From a virus (taxonomy: Duplodnaviria > Caudoviricetes), in the IMG/VR virus record IMGVR_UViG_3300011403_000027, positions 1 through 32,213 of that record: a DNA stretch of 32,213 bases, one strand, 5' to 3'. How positions within the stretch are numbered: the first letter of the stretch is position 1; every line of letters begins with the position of its first letter. Positions 32,144 to 32,213 of the stretch are shown here, piece after piece. The position numbers were made by a program, and so were the translations under genes. The notes beneath the pieces are model-generated. The model was not told where the DNA came from and made no database searches. It was given only the letters and a program-made list of their open reading frames with translations.

Positions 32144-32213
32144 ATGGCGGGGGGCAAGACGGGCCGGCCGACCATCCACCGGGAGCGGCGGGAACTGGCG
32201 CCCGACCAGGAAG
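32144..32213 (+). CDS. 5' end of a hypothetical protein (truncated)
   Basis: ATG begins 3 nt after the upstream stop; MAGGKTGRPTIHRERRELAPDQE is open to the window end. Confidence 0.5.
   Translation, partial: MAGGKTGRPTIHRERRELAPDQE

Larger units (their letters stand above)
1..32213. mobile_element. Temperate siphovirus-like phage genome, partial (HK97-type head, serine integrase)
   Basis: Terminase, portal, protease, capsid, tape measure, endolysin, integrase and divergent HTH regulators occur in phage-like order. No host housekeeping genes seen. Confidence 0.96.

Noticed and set aside
32144-32213. Direct circular join of the window end to position 1
   Set aside because: No terminal repeat seen. 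Joining puts the last ORF into frame 3 of the start, whereas the coding-like frame there is frame 1, so sequence is probably missing.
1-32213. Frequent CTCGAG/GTCGAC/TCGA words
   Set aside because: Plausibly due to Leu-Glu and Val-Asp codon pairs in GC-rich genes; enrichment cannot be established without counting.
1-32213. tRNA, rRNA, reverse transcriptase/DGR or transposase
   Set aside because: No cloverleaf-like sequence, RT motifs, template/variable repeat pair or DDE-type ORF was recognised by eye.

Overview
Very GC-rich (about three-quarters G+C by eye) temperate tailed phage, probably most of one genome. Both ends are truncated and no host genes are recognisable. The minus strand carries, right to left: a small regulatory operon ending in a large serine integrase (30739-28088), a Cro-like HTH with early/replication genes (27175-22483), a fibre module placed upstream of the terminase (22451-19660), TerS/TerL, an HK97-type portal/protease/capsid, head-tail joining genes, a siphovirus-type tail, and an M23 endolysin with holin candidates. 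The plus strand carries a repressor-like HTH (27536-28129), a moron-like membrane gene, a SWIM/SSAP operon (from 30804) and an accessory array (1-3011) that includes a DNA methyltransferase and a PAPS-reductase-like gene. The most unusual signal is a degenerate 45-bp element (consensus about RYCACG-N4-TTAA-N11-WCRCAWGAAACGRGGTTCCA) at nearly every gene junction of the accessory array, with an inverted copy closing it. This looks like a gene-cassette system. Other notable signals are a candidate attP inside the integrase 3' end, a perfect CRP-type box in the genetic switch, a Com-like zinc finger next to an SD-sequestering hairpin, and a +1 tail-chaperone frameshift. All product calls come from motif recognition by eye; no searches were run.
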